From Eledone cirrhosa (taxonomy: Eukaryota), in the NCBI GenBank assembly GCA_964016885.1, contig OZ024741.1:335110001-335174000 (forward strand): a DNA stretch of 64,000 bases, written 5' to 3'. A model generated the notes under the pieces. It did not search any database and was not told the origin of the DNA. It worked only from the letters and a program-made list of their open reading frames with translations. Below are positions 24,110-39,829 of the stretch, one piece after another (the first letter of the stretch is position 1; every line of letters begins with the position of its first letter). Position numbers and translations under genes: made by a program.

Positions 24110-24350
24110 AGACTGTCTCTGTAATTCAAAGAACTGACTCTGTCACATACAGTGTCATGCTGAATTTCCCTGACAGTTATGTTAAGAGTATACATGTCTG
24201 TGGAATACTCAGCCACTTATATTATAATATAAGTTAGACTGTAGCTGTAATTCAATATGGCTAGCATTGTTACTCATTGTGTCATACTGAATCTCCCTGA
24301 GAGTTACATTAAGCGTACAGGCATCCATCATATGCTCAGCCATTTACATT

Positions 24351-24575
24351 ATAATTGTTTCTACTACAGGCACAAGGCCAGCAATTTAAAGGGGAGGAGA
24401 AAGTCGTTTAAATCAACTCCAGTACATTAGTGGTGCTTTATTTTATCGACCCCATAAGGATGGAAGGCAAAGCAAAACTCAATGGGATTTGAGCTCAGAA
24501 CGTAAAGGGCCGTAACTCTATGCCTCTAAGGATGTTGTCTGATGCCCTACCGATTCTGCCAATCCACCACCCTTC
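24351..24575 (-). mobile_element. SINE family A copy nested in an older repeat
   Basis: Homology to 5225-5445, with TSD cattataat. Confidence 0.8.
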
Positions 24576-27538
24576 CATTATAATATAAGTTTGACTGTAC
24601 CTTTAATTCAAAGGGCCAGTCTTCTTACACACACACTGTCACACTGAATCTTCCTGAAAATTATGTTAAGGGCACCACATATGTCTGCTGAGTGCCCTGG
24701 CATTTACACATTAATTTCATGATCAGACAGTTCTTTGACCAAACAACTCCAAACAACTGGAGCACTCATTGACACAACTAATGAAGGGTTTAGGGCACCA
24801 CACACGTTTCTTGAGTGCTCAGGCACTTACTCATTAATTTCATGATCAGACTGTTCTTTGACCGATCAACTAGAACACTCATCGTCACAACTGATGAAGA
24901 TCCATTCCTATTCCTCCCTATTTATTTATGCTAATCATTATTGTCATTTCTCCGCTTCCAATATTTCTATTTTTTTTTATATTTTCTGATCATGTATGTT
25001 TTTATAATATACTTTTCTTTCTTTTTTTATATATATTTTTGTCCTTTTTTCTCTTTCTTCGATTTTTTCCCCCCTTAGAATATATTTTTGTGAGGGAGGG
25101 AGGGAAATTGTATTATAATTCTTAGCAGAATAAGAGAACTGAAGAATTTTAGAGAAACTTATAACTTTGGTCGATATGACAAATGAAAAGAAATGTCTTG
25201 TGTGTTGCATGCAGCATGTTACTCACAATGCTAAGGTGATGGTGGTGGTTTTGGTAGTGTTGTTTGTGTTGGTGGTGGTTTTGGTGGTGGTGTTGGTGTC
25301 GGTGTTAGTGTCGGTGGTATTGTTGGTGTTGGTGTTGGTAGTGATAATGTTGGTGGTGGTGGTGGTAGTGGTAATGTTGGTAGTGGTGGTTTTGGTAGTG
25401 TTGTTTGTGTTGGTGGTGGTGTTGGTGTCGGTGTTAGTGTTGGTGGTATTGTTGGTGTTGGAGTTGGTGTTGGTAGTGATAATGTTGGTGGTGGTGGTAG
25501 TGGTAATGTTGGTGGTGGTAGTTTTGCTGATGGTGTTGGTGGTGGTGTCGATGATAGTGTTGGTGGTATTGTTGGTGTTGGAGGGTAGTGGTGGTAGTGG
25601 TAATGTTGGTGTTGGTGGTGGTAGTGGTAGTGGTAGCTGTAATGTTGGTGCTGGTAGTGTTAGTGGTAGTGGTGGTGTTGGTGTTGGTAGTTATAATGTT
25701 GGTGCCGGTGGTGTTGAGATGGTGTTGACTGTTGGTGAAGAATAATGGTAAAACAAAACAACTATATATTGAATTGATTAGATTGGGTGTAGAAACATTG
25801 ATCACTTAGTTTGCTTTCAGATCCTGTAAAGAATGTAACATTCTTCTTCTTCTTTTTCTTCTTCTTCTTCTTCTTCTTCTTCTTCTTCTTCTTCTTCTTC
25901 TTCTTCTTCTTCTTCTTCTTCTCTTCCTCCTTCTCCTCTCTATCGATTTAGACATCCACCTCAGTTATTTCCTTTCGTCCGTGTTTGTTGTATCAAGCAT
26001 GCTTATAGACCTTGTTAATATTGGCAATTCCTTACTTGCTGTTCCTTCTCAATTTATATCGTTCAGCAGCTTTGATATCTTTACAGATTTTTTTTCTTCT
26101 TTTTTTTGCCCTTCGATTTTACCTTTTTTTTTTTTCATTGTTGTTGTTTTGTTATTTTGTTATGTCATTCTAGAATGACAGCTTAAAGCTATGTTATTAT
26201 ATTTCCCAAATACCCTTCTTATCATACTTTCTGACCAAAATTAGCTTTCCTTCAGTAACATGGCCATAAAAATTACTTTCAACTTTTTCATGATCTGCAA
26301 AAGATTTTTCCCATCATTTTCATTTTTCTTTTTGTGTGTTTTTTTTATTTTTTATTTTGTTTCATACATACTAATTAAAAATATCAATATCTGGCATAGA
26401 TTTTTATTTATTTTATTTTACTGTGTTTTTATTTATTATATTTTTATGGATCTTTACTTATATTTCCATCATTTTACAATATTTTACAGTTATTATTTTC
26501 ATTCTTTGTTCCGTCTCTGCTATTACACAGTTTTAAATGTCTTTGCAATATTCTTTGCCCTCCATAATTTTCTCACTTCTTTTAAGATATTTCTTCATAT
26601 AAGTTTATAACCAACACAATATGTTGTTTATTCTTCTATTGAAACCTATCCTATTTTATTGTCTTCCATGTATTATGTTCCACATTTTTTATTATATGTT
26701 ACAAGCATTATTGTCCATTTCCTAGAATAACTTCAGCTGCCATACACCCTACATTCTCTGATAACTATACTTTACTTTCTCATAAGCACCACAAAGTGCT
26801 GTTGTTGGCAAAGTTGTTAGGTAGAAGAGAGAGAAAAAAAAAACAAGTTGCAGGTTTCATACAATGAACTGAATTTGTGTATTTGGATAAATTTATACGG
26901 CATTGAAAGACGAGCAACCTGACATTCTAAGACCATCCCTTCAGCTAAGAAAGAAAATATATATATATATTTGCACATCAAACTAATCAGGAAGTGAAAC
27001 CAATATTCTTATTTTGTTAAATATATTGTTTTGATAGGAGAGGAGAAAACATTGTAGGAGAGTGTAAACATACAAGAAGGTTATTTCTTGATAGGAAGAG
27101 AATGGAAAAGTAAAGAAACTTAGGCACTAGCATAGAAAAGGGGTTAAGGAGTTCATTTTGCAACCAGTTGGTTTTGGGTTCAGTCCTGATGTGTGGCATC
27201 TTGGGCCAAGTGCTTTTCACTGAGACCCTTGGTTAAGCAATGTTTTGTGAGTTGAATTTCAATGATGAAAATTGCAGAAACCTGTCATATATATATATGT
27301 GTGTGTGTGTGTCAATGCCACTAGATCTGCAAATCTCAAGGAGGTCTAAAGAGACATTTCAAAGTTCAAGATTAGATAACACATGCAGTTCAAGAGGCGC
27401 CAAAACTAATGTGTAATTTATGTGGATGGCCTTTTAAAAGAATGTCTGGTCTAAAAAGAAACACTTAAGAATTCATGCCAGAACTGAACATCATGTACAC
27501 TGGAGTGGTCAAGTTTTGTATTGAGCAGACAACCAGTA

Positions 27539-27593
<55 letters not shown>

Positions 27594-27594
27594 G

Positions 27595-27674
<80 letters not shown>

Positions 27675-27784
27675 CTTTTTTCAAATTTATCTTTACTGTA
27701 CCAAGGAATTCAATTCATTTTCTAATATATATATATAGAGAGCTTATACCACTATTGGCCGCTAAAGGTTTCTCTCTAAAAATG

Positions 27785-28250
27785 AAAGGCTGACTGTATG
27801 ATGCCTGCATACAAACAGCAGTGTTAACTGACAGTGAGACATGGGCATTGTGTGCAGAGGATCTGCGCAGACTGCAGAGGAACGAAGCTTGCATGCTCCG
27901 TTGGATGTGTAATAGTATGAACGGCAAAGCATAAATGAACTAAGTGAGAAATTAGGAATAAGAGGGATCAGTTGCTGTTTACTCGAGAGAAGACTACGTT
28001 GGTATGGTTACGTGATGCACATGAAAGACAACAGGTGTATAAAAATGTGCAGGGCAATCAAAATAAATGGAAGCTACGGACTAGGCAGACCCAGAAAAAC
28101 CTGGGACGATTTGATAAATTCCGACCTTACACACTTACACCTCTCCAAGACAATGTCACTGGACTGAGATCTTTGGCGCTATGCAGTAATACAGCAGACC
28201 CACCTTGCCTAAGTACAAAGCGAAAAAACCTGCAGTCAGTAGGCACCTCC
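27785..28250 (+). pseudogene. Degenerate RTE LINE 3' fragment
   Basis: Frameshifted remnants (ETWAL, LQRNEACMLRWMC, RLRWYGYV, GRPRKTW). Confidence 0.7.
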
Positions 28251-28609
28251 TAACCAAAAATACACCCCTATCCCACTACCCCTATCCCCACCCCCATCTA
28301 CACGACCTCTTTCTATGTAAAGTTATGTTGGTACCACAACATCCAGTCCTAAACAAATGAGGTCGTGTAGGTGTCACAACAAAAAAAACACACAGTCCAC
28401 GCTGTAATATGACCATGTTGGTAACGCGGTAAAAACCTCCCAGTCCACACTGTAAATGTGGTTGGTGTTAGGAAGGGCATCCAGCCGTAGAAAACCCGCC
28501 AGACAGTCTTATACCAGCAAGACAACAAATTTTGCCTCACGTGGGACAATTCCCGTCTAAACCCATGCTAGCGGAGAAGATAGACGTTGAGCGATGATGA
28601 TGATGATGA

Positions 28610-28667
<58 letters not shown>

Positions 28668-29194
28668 TGTGAAAGAAGGTTTTTATTTGGACAAATATAC
28701 ATAAACATGTTAAAATAAGCAGTTTTGTATCATAGAGCCAGGTCAGTTTCAGGCAGTTTGCTATTGAAAGGGTTAAACATATACCTAACTATAATTTTTC
28801 CACAGCATTACTAGTTCTCACTAACAACTTTACAGCTTCTAGTTCTTCAATCTAGACTTCTACCACCAAACTACCACAACCATCACCATAACCACCACTA
28901 TCATAATCACCATGAACATCCCTCACCCCAACCACTACCATAACCACAACTACCATAACCACCACTATCAAGATGACCACAACCATACCCCACCACCACC
29001 ACCACCATTACTACAACCCACACAACCATCATCACAACCCCCACCACTACAACAACAAACATTACCACCACCACAACAACAAACACAACAAGCACTAACA
29101 CCATCAGCCAGCTACAACTCTATATAATCTTTCTCCCTCAAGCTAAAACACTATGACTTCCGTATCTGTCCTCAAACATTATCGACTATTTCAA

Positions 29195-29247
29195 AGATGA
29201 ATTCCTTTATATTTTTACACAAACAAACACAGACACACACACACATA

Positions 29248-29332
<85 letters not shown>

Positions 29333-29659
29333 ACATATGTATATATATGTCTGTATTTGTATATATATATGTATATATATGTATATATGTATATATATAT
29401 GTATATATATATATGTATATATATGTAAATATATATGTGTAAGTATATATATATGTAAATATATATATGTATATATATATATATTATATATGTAAATATA
29501 TATATGCATATGTGAATATATATATATATATATGTGTGTATACATATATATGTGTGTGTGTGTGTATAAATATATATATGTATATATATATATATATGTA
29601 TGTGTGTATATATATATATATGTATGTGTGTATATATATATATATAAATATGTATATAA

Positions 29660-29708
<49 letters not shown>

Positions 29709-29755
29709 AATATCTATCCTCAAACATCGACTATTTTCACAGACACACACACACG

Positions 29756-29848
<93 letters not shown>

Positions 29849-29881
29849 ATAAATATATATATATATGTGTATTTGTATATA

Positions 29882-29964
<83 letters not shown>

Positions 29965-30136
29965 AAATATGTAAATATATATGTATGTATATATATATAT
30001 ATGTAAATATATATATATATGTGTGTGTATGTGTGTAGATAGATATATATATACATGTGTATATGTATGTGTAGATATATATATACATGTGTGTATGTGT
30101 GTGAATATATTTTTATATATATTCCATTATATTTTC

Positions 30137-30167
<31 letters not shown>

Positions 30168-30190
30168 CATACATATATATATACATATAT

Positions 30191-30253
<63 letters not shown>

Positions 30254-30431
30254 ATTTTTTTTTAGCCATTGATGGATATTTCTGCAGGTTCTGTCTTCAA
30301 GGAAGGCGTGAAACAGAGATAGGTTTATTAATTGAATTTAGTCTAATGTCTCTCTCTCATCCCTCTCTTTCTTTCTCTCTCTCTCTCTATATATATAAAA
30401 ATATATATATATATATATATAAATATATATA

Positions 30432-30472
<41 letters not shown>

Positions 30473-30558
30473 CACATATACACATACATAATATATATGT
30501 AAATATGTGTTACATATATACATAGACCTATGTGATGTATATATATATATATAAAGAA

Positions 30559-30591
<33 letters not shown>

Positions 30592-30600
30592 TATATCATG
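29195..30600. repeat. Compound (TA)n/(CA)n microsatellite field (similar fields at 1420-1635, 21040-21240, 27540-27670, 61750-62460)
   Basis: Directly visible in the sequence. Confidence 0.95.
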
Positions 30601-30760
30601 AATGGCTGTGCAGGTCTCTGTCTCCACCCCTACCTAATGCCCGGGAGGCAAAGCTGAGAGGTAGAATATTTTGGGAAGAGAATCACAAATAAACGAAAAA
30701 AAAAGGTGAAAAACAAATATAAATGTAAAAACCCCAAAATACAAAAATACACCAAAGCGC

Positions 30761-31777
30761 ATACAGAAAGATAGATATACCTACATGTATACAGGAAGAT
30801 AGATATACCTACATGTATACAGAAAGATAGATATACCTACATGTATACAGAAAGATAGATATACCTACATGTATACAGGAAGATAGATATACCTACATGT
30901 ATACAGAAAGATAGATATACCTACATGCATACAGGAAGATAGATATACCTACATGTATACAGGAAGATAGATATACCTACATGTATACAGAAAGATAGAT
31001 ATACCTACATGTATACAGAAAGATAGATATACCTACATGTATACAGGAAGATAGATATACCTACATGTATACAGGAAGATAGATATACCTACATGTATAC
31101 AGGAAGATAGATATACCTACATGTATACAGGAAGATAGATATACCTACATGTATACAGAAAGATAGATATACCTACATGTATACAGGAAGATAGATATAC
31201 CTACATGTATACAGGAAGATAGATATACCTACATGTATACAGGAAGATAGATATACCTACATGTATACAGGAAGATAGATATACCTACATGTATACAGAA
31301 AGATAGATATACCTACATGTATACAGGAAGATAGATATACCTACATGTATACAGGAAGATAGATATACCTACATGTATACAGGAAGATAGATATACCTAC
31401 ATGTATACAGGAAGATAGATATACCTACATGTATACAGGAAGATAGATATACCTACATGTATACAGGAAGATAGATATACCTACATGTATACAGAAAGAT
31501 AGATATACCTACATGTATACAGGAAGATAGATATACCTACATGTATACAGAAAGATAGATATACCTACATGTATACAGGAAGATAGATATACCTACATGT
31601 ATACAGAAAGATAGATATACCTACATGTATACAGGAAGATAGATATACCTACATGTATACAGAAAGATAGATATACCTACATGTATACAGAAAGATAGAT
31701 ATACCTACATGTATACAGGAAGATAGATATACCTACATGTATACAGGAAGATAGATATACCTACATGTATACAGGAA
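30761..31777 (+). repeat. 28-bp minisatellite, about 36 copies
   Basis: acagRaagatagatatacctacatgtat, essentially one variable site. Confidence 0.97.
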
Positions 31778-31794
31778 TATTCATACACACATAA

Positions 31795-33113
31795 GCACAT
31801 GGACACACACAGGCACGTGGACACACACACAGGCACATGGTCACACACAGGCACATGGACACACACAGGCACATGGACACACACACAGGCACATGGACAC
31901 ACAGGCACATGGACACACACACAGGCACATGGACACACACACAGGCACATGGACACACACACAGGCACATGGACACACAGGCACATGGACACACACACAG
32001 GCACATGGACACACAGGCACATGGACACACACACAGGCACATGGTCACACACAGGCACATGGTCACACACACAGGCACATGGACACACACAGGCACATGG
32101 ACACACAGGCACATGGACACACACACAGGCACATGGACACACACACAGGCACATGGACACACACACAGGCACATGGTCACACACAGGCACATGGTCACAC
32201 ACACAGGCACATGGTCACACACAGGCACATGGTCACACACACAGGCACATGGACACACACACAGGCACATGGACACACACACAGGCACATGGACACACAC
32301 ACAGGCACATGGTCACACACAGGCACATGGTCACACACACAGGCACATGGACACACACAGGCACATGGACACACACACAGGCACATGGACACACAGGCAC
32401 ATGGACACACACACAGGCACATGGACACACACACAGGCACATGGACACACACACAGGCACATGGACACACAGGCACATGGACACACACACAGGCACATGG
32501 ACACACAGGCACATGGACACACACACAGGCACATGGTCACACACAGGCACATGGTCACACACACAGGCACATGGACACACACAGGCACATGGACACACAC
32601 ACAGGCACATGGACACACACACAGGCACATGGTCACACACAGGCACATGGTCACACACACAGGCACATGGACACACACAGGCACATGGACACACACACAG
32701 GCACATGGACACACAGGCACATGGACACACACACAGGCACATGGACACACACACAGGCACATGGACACACACACAGGCACATGGACACACACAGGCACAT
32801 GGACACACAGGCACATGGACACACACACAGGCACATGGACACACACACAGGCACATGGACACACACACAGGCACATGGTCACACACAGGCACATGGTCAC
32901 ACACACAGGCACATGGACACACACAGGCACATGGACACACAGGCACATGGACACACACACAGGCACATGGACACACACACAGGCACATGGACACACACAG
33001 GCACATGGTCACCCAGGCACATGGACACACACAGGCACATGGTCACACACACAGGCACATGGACACACACAGGCACATGGTCACACACACAGGCACGTGG
33101 ACACACACAGGCA
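31795..33113 (+). repeat. Variable-length (16/18/20-bp) minisatellite, about 70 units
   Basis: aggcacatggW(ca)n units. Explains all the long low-complexity ORFs in this region. Confidence 0.97.
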
Positions 33114-34009
33114 TACACATAAACACATGCACATACTGGCATAAACACATGTATACACTGCCACACACACACACACACATACATAAAACTACACATTTAC
33201 ATATATACACAAAACCACATACACTCACACACCTTCATACATACAAAAGCATACACACAAGAAACTACACACATTATCCAGTAGAATGGACCTCCACCAG
33301 TTTCAAAGATGAGTGTTCCACTTGTTTGAACAATAGAACAGCCTGGAATTAACGTTTAATTGGCTGAACAGACATATTTACTCTTGATGTAATTCTCAGG
33401 GAGATTCAGCATGAAACAATATGTGATAAGGAGATCCTTTTGAATTAAAGGTACAGCCCATCTGATGGGATTCCAAATAGTTTCTGTTTACCCAATTTCA
33501 CTCACAACGTTTAGGTTCATCTGATACAATTGACATGCAACTATATGTGTGCATGTGTGTAAGGGACATTTACCTATTTAAAAGTTCAAATTATAAATAT
33601 TTGTTGGAGATATTTTCAAGGTAATGTATAAATAACACTCATGACGATGTAGTAAATGTAGAAAAACAATGTTTCATTGTAAAATAATCACTGCAGATAT
33701 TTTAGCACATTATTTACATAGAATTTGTAGTTGGTGAAAATTGTCAAAATATTGACAATGAATATAAAGCTGACCTCTCTTGCACCATCAATTTTTAGGT
33801 CACATATTCCTTGGCTTATATTCGAGTTTATATTACTAAGAGAATAATTAACAGGGAAGAGTGGACATAAAATGATGATGATGATGATGAAGTTTCTTTT
33901 CCAACTGGAAGAGAGTGAAAGATGCACAGCTGTGAAGTGCAGAGGCATGGAGATCTGTTGCTAAGGTAGCCTCTCATTTCTCCACCCCAGGATGAGATGG
34001 ACTGACTTG

Positions 34010-35875
34010 ATGTGTTAATGGTTGTGGTCATGGTGTTTGTGGTAGTAGTAGTAGGGATGTTAGTGGTAGTGGTGCTGCTGTTATGGGTAGTAGCAATGAT
34101 AGTATTGATGGTGGTACCAGTGGTGGTATTAGTGATGTTAGTGGTCGTGATGGCAGTAGTGGCATTAATGGTAATAACGGTAATGTTAGTGGTGGTAGTA
34201 GTAGTTGTGGTGATGCTAATAGTGGTAGTAGTAGTAGTGGTGGTGGTGGTTGGAGGTTATGTGGTAGCTAACTGTAAAAGTATGAAATATGGAGAGATTA
34301 AAGTAGTCTGGTCAGTTCAGCTATAGAGAAGTTGTTTGTTGTTAGAGAGAGAAAGAGAGAAGTATGCGTTAGGGAGAAAGTTGTGTGTGAGGGAGTGAGA
34401 GAAGATGGGAAGTGTGTGAGGTTAAGAGAGAGGGTTAGTGTATGAGAGAGAAATGGACAAAGAAAGAAGTATATATATAGAGGGAGAGAGAGAGGAGTGT
34501 GAGAGACAGTCAGATAGACAGACAGAGAAAGAGAGATGGGCAGTATATGTATGAGAAAGAGAGGAGTAGGAGTGAGAGAGAGAAATACGAAGAGCGAGAA
34601 GTGGAGAGACTGGTGTTTCTGAAGAGTTTTACTGAAGAGTTGCCTTAACAAATTTGAAACCCATCAAGTTATGTAGAAAGAATTTATAGTAAGACTTAGT
34701 CTTAGCCCCCCCCCCTACCCCGACTCCCTGCACTCTCTGGGGCATCCAGGGGGTGGGGACGCAAGGTGGGGTATGCAAGTTGGAGACTGCAGGGTGGACA
34801 GTAAGACAAGTTATAAAATAATCTATATTATTTCTACAAGACAATTCAATGATAGCAGTGAAAGACAGTGGAATTGGGTTGAGGGAAGGTATGGTATTTC
34901 ATTGACAATGTTAGTAGTGGTGGTGATGGTGGTTGTAGTGGTGGTGATGATGGTTGTAGTGGTGGTAGTGGTGGTGGTAGTGGTGGTGGTAGTAGTGGTG
35001 ACTATGTTAATGGTACAGTGTTAGTGGTGATGGTATTAAGAGTTATGGTGTTGGAGGTGATGCTGGTGATTGTGGTGATGATGGTGGTGTTAGTGGTAGT
35101 GATGGTGTTAATGGTGGTGTTAATGGTGATGATGGGGTGATGGTTGTAGTAGTGGTAGTGGTGGTGTTAATGGCGATGATGGTGGTGATGGTAGTGATGT
35201 TTGTAGCAGTGGTAGTGGTGGTGTATAATGATGATGATGGTGGTGATGGTAGTGATGGTTGTAGTAGTGGTAGTGGTAGTGTTAATGGTGATGACGGTGG
35301 TGATGGTAGTGATGGTTGTCGTAGTGGTAGTGATGGTGTTAGTGGTGGTGATGGTGGTGATGGTAGTGATGGTTGTCGTAGTGATGGTGTTAGTGGTGAT
35401 GTTAATGGTGATGGTGGTGGTGGTTGTAGTAGTGGTAGTGGTGGTGTAAATGAAGATGGTAGTGATGGTTGTAGTAATGGTGGTAGTGTTAATGGTGATG
35501 GTGTTAATGATTATGGAGTTGGTAGTAATGGTATTAGTGTTGTTGGTGGCTGTAGTGGTGTTTGTTGTGGTAGTAGAGGTATTGAGGTTATGCAATGTCC
35601 ATAACATGATATATTAAGTTGGATCTAGCAGGACTGCCATTAGTCCTTTTATCATTACTAGTTACCCCCATTATCACCATCATCATTACCATTGTCATCA
35701 TCATCATCATTGCCATCATTATCATCATGGTTGTTGCCATCACCATTTTCACAATCATCATCATCACTGTCACCATCATTATCATCACCATTACTGCTAT
35801 CATCACCACTACCACTACCACCATCGTCAACATCATGACCACCACCACCACCAACAACAATATCATCATATTCAC
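34010..35875. repeat. (GGT/GAT/CAT)n triplet low-complexity tracts (also at 25235-25745, 28860-29110, 38520-38860, 41620-41895, 61470-61715)
   Basis: Directly visible in the sequence. Confidence 0.9.
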
Positions 35876-35966
35876 CAGACAAGCCTAGGTGTGTGTGTGG
35901 GGAGGGAGGGGCGTACTCCTATTAAACTCCTGGATCTTTGTGATATCTTAATTATTTACACTAGGA

Positions 35967-37483
35967 TATATTTACACTAATTACTGTATATTTACACTAA
36001 TTAGAGTATATTTACACTAATTACTGTATATTTACACTAATTACTGTACATTTATACTAATTACTGTATATTTACACTAATTACTGTATATTTACACTAA
36101 TTACAGTATATTTACACTAATTACTGTATATTTACACTAATTACTGCATATTTACACTAATTACTGGTATATTTACACTAATTACGGTATATTTAAAATA
36201 ATTTTAGTATATGTACACTAATTACTGTATATGTACACTAATTACTGTATATTTACACTAATTACTGTACATTTATACTAATTACTGTATATTTACACTA
36301 ATAACTGGTATATTTACACTAATTACTGTATATTTACACTAATTACTGTACATTTATACTAATTACTGTATATTTACACTAATTTTAGTATATTTACACT
36401 AATTACTGTATATTTACACTAATTACTGTACATTTATACTAATTACTGTATATTTACACTAATTTTAGTATATTTACACTAATTACTGTATATTTATACT
36501 AATTACTGTACATTTATACTAATTACTGTATATTTACACTAATAACAGTATATTTACACTAATTACTGTATATTTACACTAATTACTGGTATATTTACAC
36601 TAATTACTGTATATTTACACTAATTACTGTATATTTACACTAATTACTGGTATATTTACACTAATTACTGTATATTTACACTAATTACTGGTATATTTAC
36701 ACTAATTACTGGTATATTTACACTAATTTTAGTATATGTACACTAATTACTGTATATTTACACTAATTACTGTACATTTATACTAATTACTGTATATTTA
36801 CACTAATAACAGTATATTTACACTAATTACTGGTATATTTACACTAATTTTAGTATATATACACTAATTACTGTATATTTACACTAATTACTGTACATTT
36901 ATACTAATTACTGTATATTTACACTAATAACAGTATATTTACACTAATTACTGTATATTTACACTAATTACTGGTATATTTACACTAATTACTGTATATT
37001 TACACTAATTACTGTATATTTACACTAATTACTGGTATATTTACACTAATTACTGGTATATTTACACTAATTTTAGTATATGTACACTAATTACTGTATA
37101 TTTACACTAATTACTGTACATTTATACTAATTACTGTATATTTACACTAATAACAGTATATTTACACTAATTACTGGTATATTTACACTAATTACTGGTA
37201 TATTTACACTAATTACTGTACATTTATACTAATTACTGTATATTTACACTAATAACAGTATATTTACACTAATTACTGTATATTTACACTAATTACTGTA
37301 TATTTACACTAATTACTGTATATTTACACTAATTACTGTATATTTACACTAATTACTGGTATATTTACACTAATTACTGTATATTTACACTAATTACTGG
37401 TATATTTACACTAATTACTGGTATATTTACACTAATAACAGTATATGTACACTAATTACTGTATATTTATACTAATTACTCTA
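35967..37483 (+). repeat. 20/21-bp minisatellite, about 75 copies
   Basis: tatatttacactaattactg, with recurring variants (actgg, tttag, aacag, tacatttatac). Confidence 0.97.
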
Positions 37484-37789
37484 TATTCTCAGTCTTTTAA
37501 ATTCAATTAAATTTGGTTCTATTCTTTAATTTAAAAAAAATTCTATTTAAATTTTTCTTTACTTAAAATCTATTTCTGTTTTTCTTATTTGTAACTATTC
37601 CTCCTTCCCCCCAGCCTACCCATCCCACTAATGTTATTGATAGCACATCTCAAATTTCTTACATCTTTACCTACAGCAACATTTTTTTTCTTTCAATTAC
37701 CTTTTGTTTTGATGCCAAAATATTTATTTATGGCTTTCGCTATCACCTCCTCCCAAACCCCCCACCCAAACCCCACCCCACAACCCAGC

Positions 37790-38340
37790 ACCACCATCAT
37801 CATCGGACCTTTACAAGAACTCCAACCCACCATCTCCAACATCTCAGTTTGACTTTCTAACTCTGCCCCACCACCCCTTCCCCGACCCACACCCCACCAT
37901 TGCCACCACCACCACCACCATTGGATCTTTACAAGAACTCCAACTCACCACCATCATTACAAGAGCTCCAACCCACCCTCTCCACCTTTTCAGTTCCACT
38001 ATGCAACTCCTCACCACCACTGCCACCACCACCCCCACCATCTTTACAAGAATCCAACTGAGTGTCTCCACCCTCTCAGTTCCTCTGTGCAACTCTTCAC
38101 CACCACTACCACCACCACCATCTTTACAAGAACTCCAACCCACCATCTCCACCCTCTCATATCCACTTTGTGACTCCTTACCACCACCACCATCTATACA
38201 AGAACCCCCCCCCCTGTCTCCACTCTATCAGTTCCACTTTGCAACTCCTCACCACCACCACCACCATCTCTACAAGAACTCCTCCCCCCCCCTGTCTCCA
38301 CCCTCTCAGTACCACTTCGTGACTCCCCCTCCTAACCCAC
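37790..38340 (+). repeat. Degenerate 60-75-bp C-rich tandem repeat
   Basis: Recurring caccaccatctttacaagaactcc..ctccaccctctcagttccact. Confidence 0.7.
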
Positions 38341-39388
38341 CCACTTCATTACTTTTGGTTTAATGCCATCTTTCTTTTGTTTTTGAGAAAAGTTGTTCAA
38401 GCACTTCTTTTGTTAAGTTGACCTTCTTCCAAATCATTGTTTCTCTACCCCATACCACCCACACTTCATACCTGACCCACCCCACCTCATTTACCCCACC
38501 CCTCCCCACTCCACACACAGGTACACACAATCCTCTACCACCATCACAAGCAACCCCACCACCACCATCACCTCCACATCCATCTAAACCACCACCACCA
38601 CCACCACCACCTAAACCACCATAGCCATCACCACCACCACCACCAACACAATCACCTAAACCACCATAGCCATCACCACCACCACCACCAACACAATCAC
38701 CACCACCACCACCTATAGAACGACCCCCATCTCCATCACAACCACCACCATCATCACAATCATTTCAACCACAACTACCATCTAAACCACCACAACCGCC
38801 ACCATCACCATCATAATAGTTGGCATTGCTTTCATCATCATCATCATCATCATGACCATCAGTTTTATCATTAGTGTCATTATTCTCATCATTGTGAAAT
38901 GTCATATAAATAATCCCTTTAATCTGATGAAAAAAAAGTAAGGGATGTTAGCTTTGAAGGGGTCCATTAAATACCTAAAACATCATCATCCTCATCATCA
39001 TCATCATTTAACATCGTGTAACGGGAAGGGGGAGTGTCCTGCTATCATGGGTTAGACAGGTCATCATAAACAAGGTCAGTGCCTAATTGATGTAACTGAT
39101 TATCTTGCTTACATATATTTCCACACTGTACAGAGTGTACTAGATGCTGTTTAATCATGGCACCAACACTAGAGAGTTTGGCATGACTTTGACATAACTG
39201 AAGGGTTCTCTTGATTCTTTGTTTTGCAGGTTGTCTATGACTAGATGTACTTCATATCACCAACTACTTTATAGAGTGCACTGGGCGTGTTTTATTGTGG
39301 CACCACCACTAGGGAGGCTGTCAGGGTGTGTTTTATTGTGGTACCACCACTAGAGAGGCTGTCATGGCCTTGACACACCTTAAGAGTG

Positions 39389-39829
39389 GCACCAATACTA
39401 GAGAGGTTGTCGTGGCCTTGACATAATTGTGACACCAACACTAGAGAGGTTGTTATGACCTTGATATAAGTGTGACATCAACACTAGAGGTTGTTGTGAC
39501 CTTGATATAATTGTGACACCAACACTAGAGAGGTTGTTGTGACCTTGATATAATTGTGACACCAACACTAGAGAGGTTGTTGTGACTTTGACACAATTGT
39601 GACACCAACAATAGAGAGGTTGTTGTGACTTTGACACAATTGTGACACCAACAATAGAGAGGTTGTTGTAACCTTGACACAACACAATTGTAACACCAAC
39701 ATTAGAAAGGTTATCATAGCCTTGACACAAATGTGACACCAACACTAGAAAGGTTGTCATACCCTTGATATAATTGTGACATCAACACTAGAGAGGTTGC
39801 CGTGCCTTTAACACAGTTGTGACACCAAC
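39389..39829 (+). repeat. 43-bp minisatellite, about 10 copies
   Basis: caccaacactagagaggttgttgtgaccttgatataattgtga, period 43 (39517, 39560). Confidence 0.9.

Noticed and set aside
26840-26950. Possible hammerhead (also at about 30270-30300 and 54715-54745)
   Set aside because: The core boxes are mutated and I could not pair stems I and III.
31705-33352. Long ORFs of up to 517 aa, His/Thr- or Cys/Val-rich
   Set aside because: They are translations of a stop-free minisatellite that is open in several frames on both strands.
30761-37483. Regular repeat arrays as possible CRISPR arrays
   Set aside because: Units are contiguous with no unique spacers, there are no cas genes, and the context is eukaryotic.
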